55,570 bases of DNA from the NCBI GenBank assembly GCA_902576605.1, contig CACGVI010000004.1, positions 1 through 55,570 of the forward strand, in the 5' to 3' direction. Source of the stretch: an uncultured Candidatus Actinomarina sp. GTDB taxonomy: Bacteria > Actinomycetota > Acidimicrobiia > Actinomarinales > Actinomarinaceae. The notes under the pieces are model-generated. The model ran no database searches. It saw only the letters and a list, made by a program, of their open reading frames with translations, and was not told the DNA's origin. Shown here piece after piece: positions 18,377 to 27,068 of this stretch (positions are counted from its first letter, which is position 1; every line of letters starts with the position of its first letter). The translations under genes were made by a program, and so were the position numbers.

Positions 18377-19193
18377 TAATAATCTCCATCATTGAATTGT
18401 ATACAAGGTCTTCGTCATCTGTTTCAATCATATGTAATTTTGGTTCTTTTTTAAACCATGTAATTTGTTTTTTAGCTAATCTTTTTGTTTTGATATTTAT
18501 ATTGTCTTCAAGATTGTCAGATAAATTCATTCCAATAGCTTGAAGAACTGTTTTAGAAGGATTATTAATTTTGTTTATTTCTTCTACCAACCCATTATCA
18601 ATCATTTTTCTAGTTCTAATTTCAATATTATTTTTATGATTAGGATGATTCCAAAATACTCCAACTTTATCTACAGGCAGATTTACTTCTGGAAAAACAT
18701 ACTTAGATTCTTCCAACATAAAGTTTTCAATATTTCTCATTAATCTTCTTTTATTTAACTCCATATCTGGAATTGGTATTTCATTGAGTTCATGAAATTT
18801 CATCAGTTGATCAAAATTTAATTGTTCTAATTCTGATCTTATTGTTGGGTCAGTTGGTTTAAATTCATACCTATCAATTATTGCCTTTACATATAATCCA
18901 GAGCCTCCAACAGCTAATATATTTTCTTTAAATGATTTTTCTGGGATATCTTGATCAATTAGATAGTTGAGATAATCAATTATTGAAAAGTTCTGATCAC
19001 AATCTGCAATATCTAAACCGTAATATTTTACTTGAGCTTGCATTACGTCAGATGGCTTTGCAGTCAAAATATCAAGACCTTTGTAGACAGCCATAGAATC
19101 AACTGAAAGAATAGACATGTTATTATCAATTGCAATTCTGTGTGCTAAATCTGACTTTCCAGATGCTGTTATGCCTGTGAGAAAATATAACAA
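18369..19193 (-). CDS. miaA: tRNA dimethylallyltransferase
   Basis: GITASGKS, DSMAVYKGLDILTAKP, VGGSGLY, LAKKQITWF; TTG start. Confidence 0.95.
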   Translation of the reverse strand: MLYFLTGITASGKSDLAHRIAIDNNMSILSVDSMAVYKGLDILTAKPSDVMQAQVKYYGLDIADCDQNFSIIDYLNYLIDQDIPEKSFKENILAVGGSGLYVKAIIDRYEFKPTDPTIRSELEQLNFDQLMKFHELNEIPIPDMELNKRRLMRNIENFMLEESKYVFPEVNLPVDKVGVFWNHPNHKNNIEIRTRKMIDNGLVEEINKINNPSKTVLQAIGMNLSDNLEDNINIKTKRLAKKQITWFKKEPKLHMIETDDEDLVYNSMMEIING

Positions 19194-19194
19194 A

Positions 19195-20571
19195 CTAAAT
19201 TAATTCTGCTTTTAAATAAAAAGGTGTTGAGTCAATAATTTTAACTTCAACAATATCCCCAGTAGAAACATTCTTATTATCAATATGTGTAATCTGTCCA
19301 CTATCAATTTTGCCAGTTAGGACCTGATTATTTTTTTTCGATGGTTTTTCGATTAATAAGACTTGTTCAGTTCCAACAAATCTTTTTAATCTTTTTTCAC
19401 TAATATCTGTCTGGACGTCTTTTAAATGTTGAAATCTTTTCTTAATGATATCTTGGTCAACATATTTATCTTCCATATCGTATGCTTTTGTACCTGGTCT
19501 TGGCGAAAATTGAAACATATAGACTGAGTCAAATTCGACATATTTTACAATGTCCATTGTGTCTTGAAAATCATCATCAGTTTCACCAGGAAAGCCAACT
19601 ATAATATCTGTCGTCAATGAAACGTTTGGAATGATGCCTCTAATCATGTCAACTTTTTGTAAAAATTTTTCCTTATTGTATCCACGATGCATCTTTGAAA
19701 GAATATCACTACTTCCACTTTGTAATGGTACGTGTATCTGATTACACACTTTACTTAGTGACTTGACTGCATTTATAGTTTCTTCTTTAAAGTCTTTTGG
19801 ATGTGGTGATGTAAAACGAATTCTTTCAAGTCCGTCTATCTCATTAAGCTTATGTAACAATTGAGCAAAGTATGGTCTACTCTTATTATCAATTTTTAAA
19901 TCTCTACCATAGGAATTTACATTTTGTCCTAATAAAGTAATTTCTTTAATTCCTGACTCTACTAATTCTAGTGCTTCATTAATGATGTCGCTAGGTCGTC
20001 TGCTTATCTCTGGACCTCTAACTGATGGAACAATACAAAACGTACAAGAATTATTGCAACCTATTTGAATTGTTAACCATGCAGAATGTTCAGATTCTCT
20101 AATTGATGGTGCATCTGTTGGAAGATCTTCTATTTCATCAATTATTTCAGTTATAGGGCCCCAGTCTTCTGATTGATTGAGTAGATTAATGATATTTGTT
20201 AAATTGTGAGTACCAATTACGACATCTACCCATGGGGCTCTCTCTCTTACAAGTTCTTTGTCTTTCTGTGCAGCACATCCACCAACAAGTAACTTGCGAT
20301 CGATTCCTTCATTTTTCCATTTTTTTAACTGACCAAGTGTTCCATATAATCTATCATCAGCATTTTCTCTGATTGTGCATGTATTGATAAACATAATATC
20401 TGCGGAATCCTCAATGGTAGCTTTTGTCATACCATCTAGTTCAAACATGCCAGCTATTTTTTCAGAGTCATGTTCATTCATTTGGCAACCAAATGTTTTA
20501 ACAAAGTATTTTTTACCCTCACGCGAAGGAGTAAAATTCATTTTTGGCTTAATTACAACTGTTTGTTCCAC
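19195..20571 (-). CDS. miaB: tRNA 2-methylthio-N6-isopentenyladenosine synthase
   Basis: TFGCQMNEHDSE, radical-SAM CNNSCTFC, C-terminal TRAM domain. Confidence 0.97.
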   Translation of the reverse strand: MEQTVVIKPKMNFTPSREGKKYFVKTFGCQMNEHDSEKIAGMFELDGMTKATIEDSADIMFINTCTIRENADDRLYGTLGQLKKWKNEGIDRKLLVGGCAAQKDKELVRERAPWVDVVIGTHNLTNIINLLNQSEDWGPITEIIDEIEDLPTDAPSIRESEHSAWLTIQIGCNNSCTFCIVPSVRGPEISRRPSDIINEALELVESGIKEITLLGQNVNSYGRDLKIDNKSRPYFAQLLHKLNEIDGLERIRFTSPHPKDFKEETINAVKSLSKVCNQIHVPLQSGSSDILSKMHRGYNKEKFLQKVDMIRGIIPNVSLTTDIIVGFPGETDDDFQDTMDIVKYVEFDSVYMFQFSPRPGTKAYDMEDKYVDQDIIKKRFQHLKDVQTDISEKRLKRFVGTEQVLLIEKPSKKNNQVLTGKIDSGQITHIDNKNVSTGDIVEVKIIDSTPFYLKAELI

Positions 20572-20609
20572 AATTGAATTATAAAATTGTTTTTTAAATA
20601 ATCTCTATA

Positions 20610-21662
20610 TTATTTTTCAGGTGTTGCATCCTCTGACTCTTCTACAGTATCTTCTTCTGTAGCCTCGTCTGATTCAATCATGCCAACTGCCTTGTACACA
20701 TCAGTTTCTAACTGCAAAGCAATATCAGCATTTTCTCTTAAAAATCTCTTAGAATTTTCCTTACCTTGACCTAGTTGAATTTCATCATAAGTAAACCATG
20801 CACCAGCTTTTCTAACTATTCCATGATCTACACCTACATCTAGCAAGCTTCCTTCTCTAGAAATACCTTGACCAAACATAATATCAAATTGAGCTTCTTT
20901 AAATGGTGGCGCAACTTTGTTCTTTACAATTTTTGCTCGTACTCGATTACCAATCATTTCAGCTCCAATTTTAAGAGTTTCAATTCTTCTAATGTCAATT
21001 CTTACTGATGCATAAAATTTAAGCGCTCTACCACCACTTGTAGTTTCAGGAGAACCCCACATAACACCAATTTTTTCTCTAATTTGATTGATAAATATAA
21101 CAGTTGTTTGTGTTTTATTGATAGATGATGTCAGCTTTCTTAACGCCTGTGACATTAATCTTGCCTGTAAACCTACATGGGATTGACCCATTTCTCCATC
21201 AATTTCGGCTTGAGGAACTAAAGCTGCAACAGAGTCAATAACTACTACATCGACACCTTCGGAATCGATCAACATATTTGCAATCTCTAGAGCTTGTTCA
21301 CCTGTATCTGGCTGTGATACAAGTAATTCATCAACATCAACACCAAGAGCGCTTGCATAGATGGGATCAAGTGCATGTTCTGCATCAATGAATGCTGCTA
21401 CGCCACCAGCTTTTTGAGCTTCAGCAGCAATGTGTAAAGATAATGTTGTTTTACCTGAGCTTTCAGGACCATAGATTTCTATGACTCTACCTTTGGGTAC
21501 ACCACCTATACCTAATGCAAGATCTATTGATAGTGCTCCTGTAGAAATTGAAGGTATCTTTCTAACTTGGTCAGAACCAAGCTTCATCAAAGAACCTTCA
21601 CCAAATTGTTTTTCTATCTGCGAAAAAACTGTATCGAGTTTTTTTGCCCTGTCTTTATCCAT
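20610..21662 (-). CDS. recA: Recombinase A
   Basis: [38 protein letters not shown]. Confidence 0.99.
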   Translation of the reverse strand: MDKDRAKKLDTVFSQIEKQFGEGSLMKLGSDQVRKIPSISTGALSIDLALGIGGVPKGRVIEIYGPESSGKTTLSLHIAAEAQKAGGVAAFIDAEHALDPIYASALGVDVDELLVSQPDTGEQALEIANMLIDSEGVDVVVIDSVAALVPQAEIDGEMGQSHVGLQARLMSQALRKLTSSINKTQTTVIFINQIREKIGVMWGSPETTSGGRALKFYASVRIDIRRIETLKIGAEMIGNRVRAKIVKNKVAPPFKEAQFDIMFGQGISREGSLLDVGVDHGIVRKAGAWFTYDEIQLGQGKENSKRFLRENADIALQLETDVYKAVGMIESDEATEEDTVEESEDATPEK

Positions 21663-21727
21663 TATTTTCTCCTATTTATTAACAATAATTAATAACTATT
21701 TAAACATCTCTATATGACAAATTTTAA

Positions 21728-21743
21728 TCGAACATTTGTTCGA
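21728..21743. promoter_or_regulatory. LexA box (TCGAAC-ATTT-GTTCGA)
   Basis: Near-perfect palindrome upstream of recA. Confidence 0.95.
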
Positions 21744-21749
21744 ATACAA

Positions 21750-22943
21750 CTATTTAATTAAATTTAATAGATCCCATATACAGTTATTTACTGCTCTATT
21801 TATAATATCTTCTCTATTACCGCGTAAATTATGTGTGAAATTAGTTGTTTCACCATTGATACATATGGATATAAATATTTCACCGATTTTATATTTACTT
21901 GAAGGAACAGGACCAGCTTCACCTAATACTGCTAAACCGATTGAAGAATTATATTTTTTCATAGACGCAACTGCTAACTCTTCTGTGAGTAGAGCCCAGT
22001 CTTCATTAGGTTCAGCATTCAATAGTTCTTTTTTTGAATCCATAGAATACAAAACATTGGATGCAATTAATATTTCACTTGCACCTGGATGAGAAACAAG
22101 CTCTTTAGAAAATGATCCCCCTGTAATGCTCTCTACTAGCGAAATTGTATAGTTATTAGCTTTTAATTCTCTTAATAGAACTTTCGATGCAGGGATATTT
22201 TCATAACTTAATATATTGTTACTTAAAGTTTCTTTAATTTGATTTTTAAATTCTTTTAACGCATCATCACTGACCGAATTTTTATCGATTCGTAATTTAA
22301 TTATTCCCTTGCTCGCTAAATAAGCAATATCTAAACCTTCAGGTTTAAACTTATCAATCTTTTCTGCCAAAGCAGACTCTGCTTCATTAAAAATTAAAAT
22401 GAATTCATAATCTTTTTCTACTTTTGCAAAGTTGTCTTTTAAAAATGGTACTAAATCATCTGTTACCAACGGTATGAACTCTCTTGGAGGTCCAGGAAGT
22501 ATGAATACATGTTTACTTTTGTATTCAATATAAATCCCTGGTGAAGTTCCGTTTGTGTTATTTAATTTAGTTGCGCCTGCCGGGATTTCTGCTTGTTTCA
22601 CATTTGTTGCAGGCATGGTCATACCTCTACTCTCCCATCTAGATTTCATCCAACTCAGATGATCTTCGTCTACAACAAGATTCAAGTCAAACATTTCAGA
22701 AATCACTTCTTTAGTAAAATCATCTTCTGTAGGCCCAATTCCTCCACATGTAATAATGACATCATTATTTTCAAGTAATTCATTTACAGCATCTTGTATT
22801 AATTTTTTATCATCAGGTACAGTTTTTTCAGTTGAGAGAATAAATCCATTGTTATATAGAGTTTGACCAAGCGATGCAAGATTAGTATTAACGGTATCGC
22901 CAAGTAGAATCTCTGTTCCAACGCTTAAAAGTGCAATATTCAC
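21750..22943 (-). CDS. cinA: CinA family protein (MocF domain plus PncC-like domain)
   Basis: SVGTEILLGDTVNTN, GGIGPTEDD, LPGPPRE, ESITGG; upstream of recA. Confidence 0.92.
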   Translation of the reverse strand: MNIALLSVGTEILLGDTVNTNLASLGQTLYNNGFILSTEKTVPDDKKLIQDAVNELLENNDVIITCGGIGPTEDDFTKEVISEMFDLNLVVDEDHLSWMKSRWESRGMTMPATNVKQAEIPAGATKLNNTNGTSPGIYIEYKSKHVFILPGPPREFIPLVTDDLVPFLKDNFAKVEKDYEFILIFNEAESALAEKIDKFKPEGLDIAYLASKGIIKLRIDKNSVSDDALKEFKNQIKETLSNNILSYENIPASKVLLRELKANNYTISLVESITGGSFSKELVSHPGASEILIASNVLYSMDSKKELLNAEPNEDWALLTEELAVASMKKYNSSIGLAVLGEAGPVPSSKYKIGEIFISICINGETTNFTHNLRGNREDIINRAVNNCIWDLLNLIK

Positions 22944-22990
22944 ATATTTAGGATAGCAAGGTTATTCACCAATAAGATTATCATTAAGTT

Positions 22991-23473
22991 ATGAAACGTT
23001 TTTTGCTAATTTTTATTATATTATTTATTTCTTGTTCGTATGGAGCTAGTGAAGAACAAGAAGGTGAAATACTAGAGGCTATGCCAGAATCTACAGATGC
23101 TATTACTGCTTCTTCTTTTAAGTATATCGATACATCTGAAACTATTGTTGCAGAAAATTTTACAGATAAAAAAACAATCATAATTTTCTGGGCTGATTAC
23201 TGAGGCGTATGTAGGCGGGAGTTACCTGTCGTAGAAAATGAATTAGCTAACATTTCTGATGAGTATGATGTTATTGCACTAGCGCACAGTCAGTACGAAC
23301 CAACTATGGCATGGGTGAATGAGAATCTTAAAGGCCAGCTCAGAATTGGTTTCTCTACTCCTGAGTTAAGAGACTATTTTAAAATTGTTGGTCAACCAAT
23401 TTCTATAGTGCTTGACACCAATGGTGAAATAATTTCACGTACTTATGGTGACATTGATTTAACAAATTTTTAA
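22991..23473 (+). CDS. TlpA/ResA-like thioredoxin lipoprotein with in-frame UGA (candidate selenoprotein, UxxC, 160 aa)
   Basis: Frame continues through TGA 23201-23203: IIFWADY-U-GVCRRELP...FKIVGQPISIVLDTNGEII to TAA 23473; lipobox FISC. Confidence 0.8.
23214..23230 (+). promoter_or_regulatory. Candidate bacterial SECIS element
   Basis: GGCGGG-AGTTA-CCTGTC hairpin starting at +11 after UGA, G in loop position 2, GC-rich codons in an AT-rich gene. Confidence 0.6.
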
Positions 23474-23536
23474 CTGAAAATCAATACCCAATAGTTTGAA
23501 ACAAGTATGATTGGCTTATAAGTTAGCGGAGGAAGA

Positions 23537-24673
23537 ATGACGAAAAAATCATTTATACTTTTACTAGTTTTATCTTTGGCTTTTGCTGCATGTGGCGGTA
23601 CTGCTGAAGAAGAGACTGTAGAAGAACCTGCAGTTGTTGAAGAGGCCGAAACTCTAGACGCACCAGCTACTACTGTTGCTGAAACACTAGATAAAATAAC
23701 TTTCGGTTTTATTCCAAGTGCAGAACAAGCTGATCTTCAAGACAATATCAAACCATTAATGAAAGTTTTAACTGATGGTCTTGGAATTGAAGTTGAAGGA
23801 TTTGTAACTAGTGACTTTTCAGGATTATTAGTTGCGATGGGATCTGGTCAAGCAGACATTGGTGCATTCAACACATTAGGTTATGTTAATGCATTAAATG
23901 TATTCCCAACAAGAATTGAGGCAATTGCAAAAGTTGTAAGATACGGCTCTGGTTCATACCATGCTAATTTCTGGACAACTGATCCAAGTGTCTGTGATTC
24001 ACCACCTGTAATTGGAGCATTTGAAAATATCGATGGTGTTCCAACACTAATTCTAGGTTCTGAAACAGAATCTCCAGACGTGAAAGCATTACAAGTTGGT
24101 TGGACCTTTGGTGATGACGGAAAGATTCCAGAAGTTAGAAATATTGATGGTGTTGACGTAACAGTCAGCCCAGGATATGCATGTGAAGCTGATTTAAATG
24201 TACTAAGAGGTGAAAAAGTATTATTTGTTGAAGAAGGTTCAACATCTGGATACCTATATCCTTCTTTACAGCTAAAAAATATGGGAATTGATTATCAAAA
24301 TGATATTACCCAAGTTTTTGCTGGTTCACATGATGGAGTTATTTCAGGTCTGTATAACGGTGATGCTAAGTTTGGTGTTACTTATGATGATGCTAGAAGA
24401 ACTTTAAGAAAAACCAATCCTGATGTTGGTGAAAAAGTTATAGCTATCGGTATTTCAGCTGAAATTCCAAATGACGTTGTTGCTGTAAGAAGCGATCTTC
24501 CAGAAGATATAAAATCTAAGATATATCAAATTTTATCTGATTACATGGCTACCGAAGAAGGTGCTGCTGTAATGGATGAAATTTATGGATGGACAGATGT
24601 TGTTCCTGCAGACAATTCTGAATTTGATGTAGTAAAACAAGCTGCTGAAGAATTCGGTCTTTACGACGATTAA
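23537..24673 (+). CDS. phnD: Phosphate/phosphite/phosphonate ABC transporter substrate-binding lipoprotein
   Basis: Lipobox FAAC, ITFGFIPSAE, STSGYLYP, GSHDGV, IPNDVVAVR; GGAGG SD. Confidence 0.9.
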   Translation: MTKKSFILLLVLSLAFAACGGTAEEETVEEPAVVEEAETLDAPATTVAETLDKITFGFIPSAEQADLQDNIKPLMKVLTDGLGIEVEGFVTSDFSGLLVAMGSGQADIGAFNTLGYVNALNVFPTRIEAIAKVVRYGSGSYHANFWTTDPSVCDSPPVIGAFENIDGVPTLILGSETESPDVKALQVGWTFGDDGKIPEVRNIDGVDVTVSPGYACEADLNVLRGEKVLFVEEGSTSGYLYPSLQLKNMGIDYQNDITQVFAGSHDGVISGLYNGDAKFGVTYDDARRTLRKTNPDVGEKVIAIGISAEIPNDVVAVRSDLPEDIKSKIYQILSDYMATEEGAAVMDEIYGWTDVVPADNSEFDVVKQAAEEFGLYDD

Positions 24674-24681
24674 AACATTAT

Positions 24682-24715
24682 TTTTAACCGGGTTGTTTTT
24701 ACAGCCCGGTTAAAA
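24682..24715 (+). promoter_or_regulatory. 15-bp stem-loop between phnD and phnC
   Basis: TTTTAACCGGGTTGT-TTTT-ACAGCCCGGTTAAAA, one G-U pair, no long U-run after the stem. Confidence 0.7.
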
Positions 24716-24725
24716 TTTATCTAAA

Positions 24726-25493
24726 ATGATTAAATTTGAAAATGTAAGTGTCACCTACCCAGGTGGAGTTGAAGCCCTAAAAGATTTAGATCTCGAAATC
24801 AATGAGGGTGATTTTATAATTATTGTTGGACTATCTGGAGCTGGTAAATCCACTTTGTTAAGAACCATTAATAATCTTGTTAAGCCTACAAATGGAACTG
24901 TTTTCCTCGAAGGTAAGGATGTAACTAATGCAAAGAAAAGAGACTTAAAGAACATACGTTCACAAATTGGAATGATTTTTCAAACATTTAATCTAGTCAA
25001 CAGATCTACAGTTTTAAAAAATGTATTAACAGGTAGATTAAGTACAGTATCTACTTTTAGATCTATATTTGGATTATGGCCAAAGGATCAAAAACAACTT
25101 GCTTTTGAAGCGCTCGATCAAGTAGAGATATTAGAAAAGGCTTATGTACGGGCATCTAACCTTTCTGGAGGCCAACAACAGAGGGTTGGTATTGCAAGAG
25201 CATTATCACAAAAACCTAAAGTAATGCTTGCGGATGAGCCTGTGGCATCACTTGACCCTATTACATCAAGGGTTGTTATGAATTATTTAAAGAAGATAAA
25301 TACTGAACTAGGTATAACTACAATCGTAAATTTACATTTTCTTGATTTAGCAAAAGAGTTTGGAGATAGACTAATTGGCCTTAGAGATGGAAAATTAGTT
25401 TTTGATGGAAATGTTGATGGTGTATCTGATGAAGATTTTGAAAATATCTATGGACGTTCTATTAAATCTTCTGATTTAATCGGTAATGATTAA
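24726..25493 (+). CDS. phnC: Phosphonate ABC transporter ATP-binding protein
   Basis: GLSGAGKST, LSGGQQQRV, LADEPVASLDP, VNLH. Confidence 0.95.
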   Translation: MIKFENVSVTYPGGVEALKDLDLEINEGDFIIIVGLSGAGKSTLLRTINNLVKPTNGTVFLEGKDVTNAKKRDLKNIRSQIGMIFQTFNLVNRSTVLKNVLTGRLSTVSTFRSIFGLWPKDQKQLAFEALDQVEILEKAYVRASNLSGGQQQRVGIARALSQKPKVMLADEPVASLDPITSRVVMNYLKKINTELGITTIVNLHFLDLAKEFGDRLIGLRDGKLVFDGNVDGVSDEDFENIYGRSIKSSDLIGND

Positions 25494-26268
25494 TTTACCT
25501 AAAAAACCACCTCCTTCTTATTTAGTTACAATTGGAATTCCTTTTTCAATACTTTTTACAGTATTTTCATTTCAGCGAGTAGGTTTTAACCTTCAAGATT
25601 TTAGAGAAAATTTAGCTAATAGAGCTATAGTTACAGACCCTTTATTCAACCCTAAATGGAGTTGGGCTTGGGAAAATACTGCTGATGCTATGGTAGAAAC
25701 TGTTCAAATTGCAATACTTGCCAGTATCGTTGGGTGCGCCTTAGCTTTACCTTTATCTTTTTATGCATCAAGAGCAACAAACTTAAACAAGTATTCTTAT
25801 TTTTTATACAAATCATTTTTAAATTTAGTTAGAACAATTCCTGATTTGTTTTGGGCAATGCTTTTCACTGTTGCAGTTGGTATTGGACCATTTGCAGGAG
25901 TTTTAGCACTCATTATGTTTTCTCTTGCAATAATGGGTAAGTTACTATCAGAGACTATTGACAGTATAGATCCAGGACCAATGGAGGCAGCAAAAGCAAC
26001 TGGATCTACTCATAATCAAACAGTATTTACTTCAGCATTGCCTCAAGTGCTCCCAAACTTCACCGCATATTTTCTCTATATCTTTGAATTATGCATAAGG
26101 GCAAGCGTAATTCTTGGTTTAGTTGGTGCTGGAGGTGTTGGTAGGATTATCGAGACTCAGAGAATATTTTTGAGGTTTGATAGAATTTCACCAATCATTG
26201 TCATCATTCTTGTTGTAGTTATATTAATTGAACAGTTCAGTGTCTGGATTAGAAGAAGAATATTATGA
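25486..26268 (+). CDS. phnE: Phosphonate ABC transporter permease
   Basis: RTIPDLFWA, IDPGPMEAAKATG, IRASVILGLVGAGG. Confidence 0.93.
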   Translation: MINLPKKPPPSYLVTIGIPFSILFTVFSFQRVGFNLQDFRENLANRAIVTDPLFNPKWSWAWENTADAMVETVQIAILASIVGCALALPLSFYASRATNLNKYSYFLYKSFLNLVRTIPDLFWAMLFTVAVGIGPFAGVLALIMFSLAIMGKLLSETIDSIDPGPMEAAKATGSTHNQTVFTSALPQVLPNFTAYFLYIFELCIRASVILGLVGAGGVGRIIETQRIFLRFDRISPIIVIILVVVILIEQFSVWIRRRIL

Positions 26269-27068
26269 ACATTCCAAAGCAACCAATTAGTCAGAGAATT
26301 TTAAAATATACTTTAACTACAGGCATCGTTTTTGCTTCATTATGGTCAGCAGCTGGACTCGAAATAACTATTGAAAGAATTTTAGATGCACCTAGGCAAA
26401 TTGGGATATTAGTTGGAGCAATGTTTCCATTAGACACTAGTCAAGAGGCTATAGATAGAATCATTCCAAAAGTCTTTGAATCATTATTTATTGCATGGGC
26501 TGGCACAGTAATTGGAGCAATTTTTAGCTTTCCTGTTTCATTCCTAGCAGCGCAAAATGTTGCAGTTGGAGCAGTAAGTAGAATAACTAAACAAATATTA
26601 AATGCTATTCGTGCTTTTCCAGAATTAATATTGGCTTTTGTATTTTTGCCTATCACTGGTTTAGGGGCGTTTACAGGAACGTTAGCTTTAGGAATTCACT
26701 CTATTGGAACTCTAGGAAAATTATCATCAGAAGTAATAGAAGGAATTGATGAAGGTCCTCTTGAAGCTATAAAATCTTCCGGTGGTTCAAAAATAAATGA
26801 ACTAATTTTTGGTGTAATTCCCCAAGTTATGCCCACAATAACTTCATACTGGCTTTACAGATTTGAAATAAACTTAAGAGCTTCAGCAGTTCTCGGTGTT
26901 ATTGGTGCTGGAGGTGTTGGGCAAGAGTTAATAAATCAATTAAGATTTAGAGATTTCCCTAGGGCAGGAACAGTATTAATTTGCACAATTGTCTTAGTTC
27001 TAATTGCAGATGCTATATCAGCTTCAATTAGGAATAGAATTATTCAAGGAAAAGTAGTTAAGAGTTAA
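26265..27068 (+). CDS. phnE: Phosphonate ABC transporter permease
   Basis: RAFPELILA, IDEGPLEA, YRFEINLRASAVLGVIGAGGVG. Confidence 0.93.
   Translation: MNIPKQPISQRILKYTLTTGIVFASLWSAAGLEITIERILDAPRQIGILVGAMFPLDTSQEAIDRIIPKVFESLFIAWAGTVIGAIFSFPVSFLAAQNVAVGAVSRITKQILNAIRAFPELILAFVFLPITGLGAFTGTLALGIHSIGTLGKLSSEVIEGIDEGPLEAIKSSGGSKINELIFGVIPQVMPTITSYWLYRFEINLRASAVLGVIGAGGVGQELINQLRFRDFPRAGTVLICTIVLVLIADAISASIRNRIIQGKVVKS

Noticed and set aside
21750-22200. Possibly inactive PncC domain of CinA (ESITGG, AVLGEAGP)
   Set aside because: The catalytic Ser and Lys positions appear retained; the divergence is not enough to call loss of function by eye.
22991-23203. 70-aa stand-alone ORF or pseudogene call
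   Set aside because: The stop falls at the catalytic Cys position, the downstream frame is intact and a hairpin follows, so recoding fits better; a pseudogene is not fully excluded.
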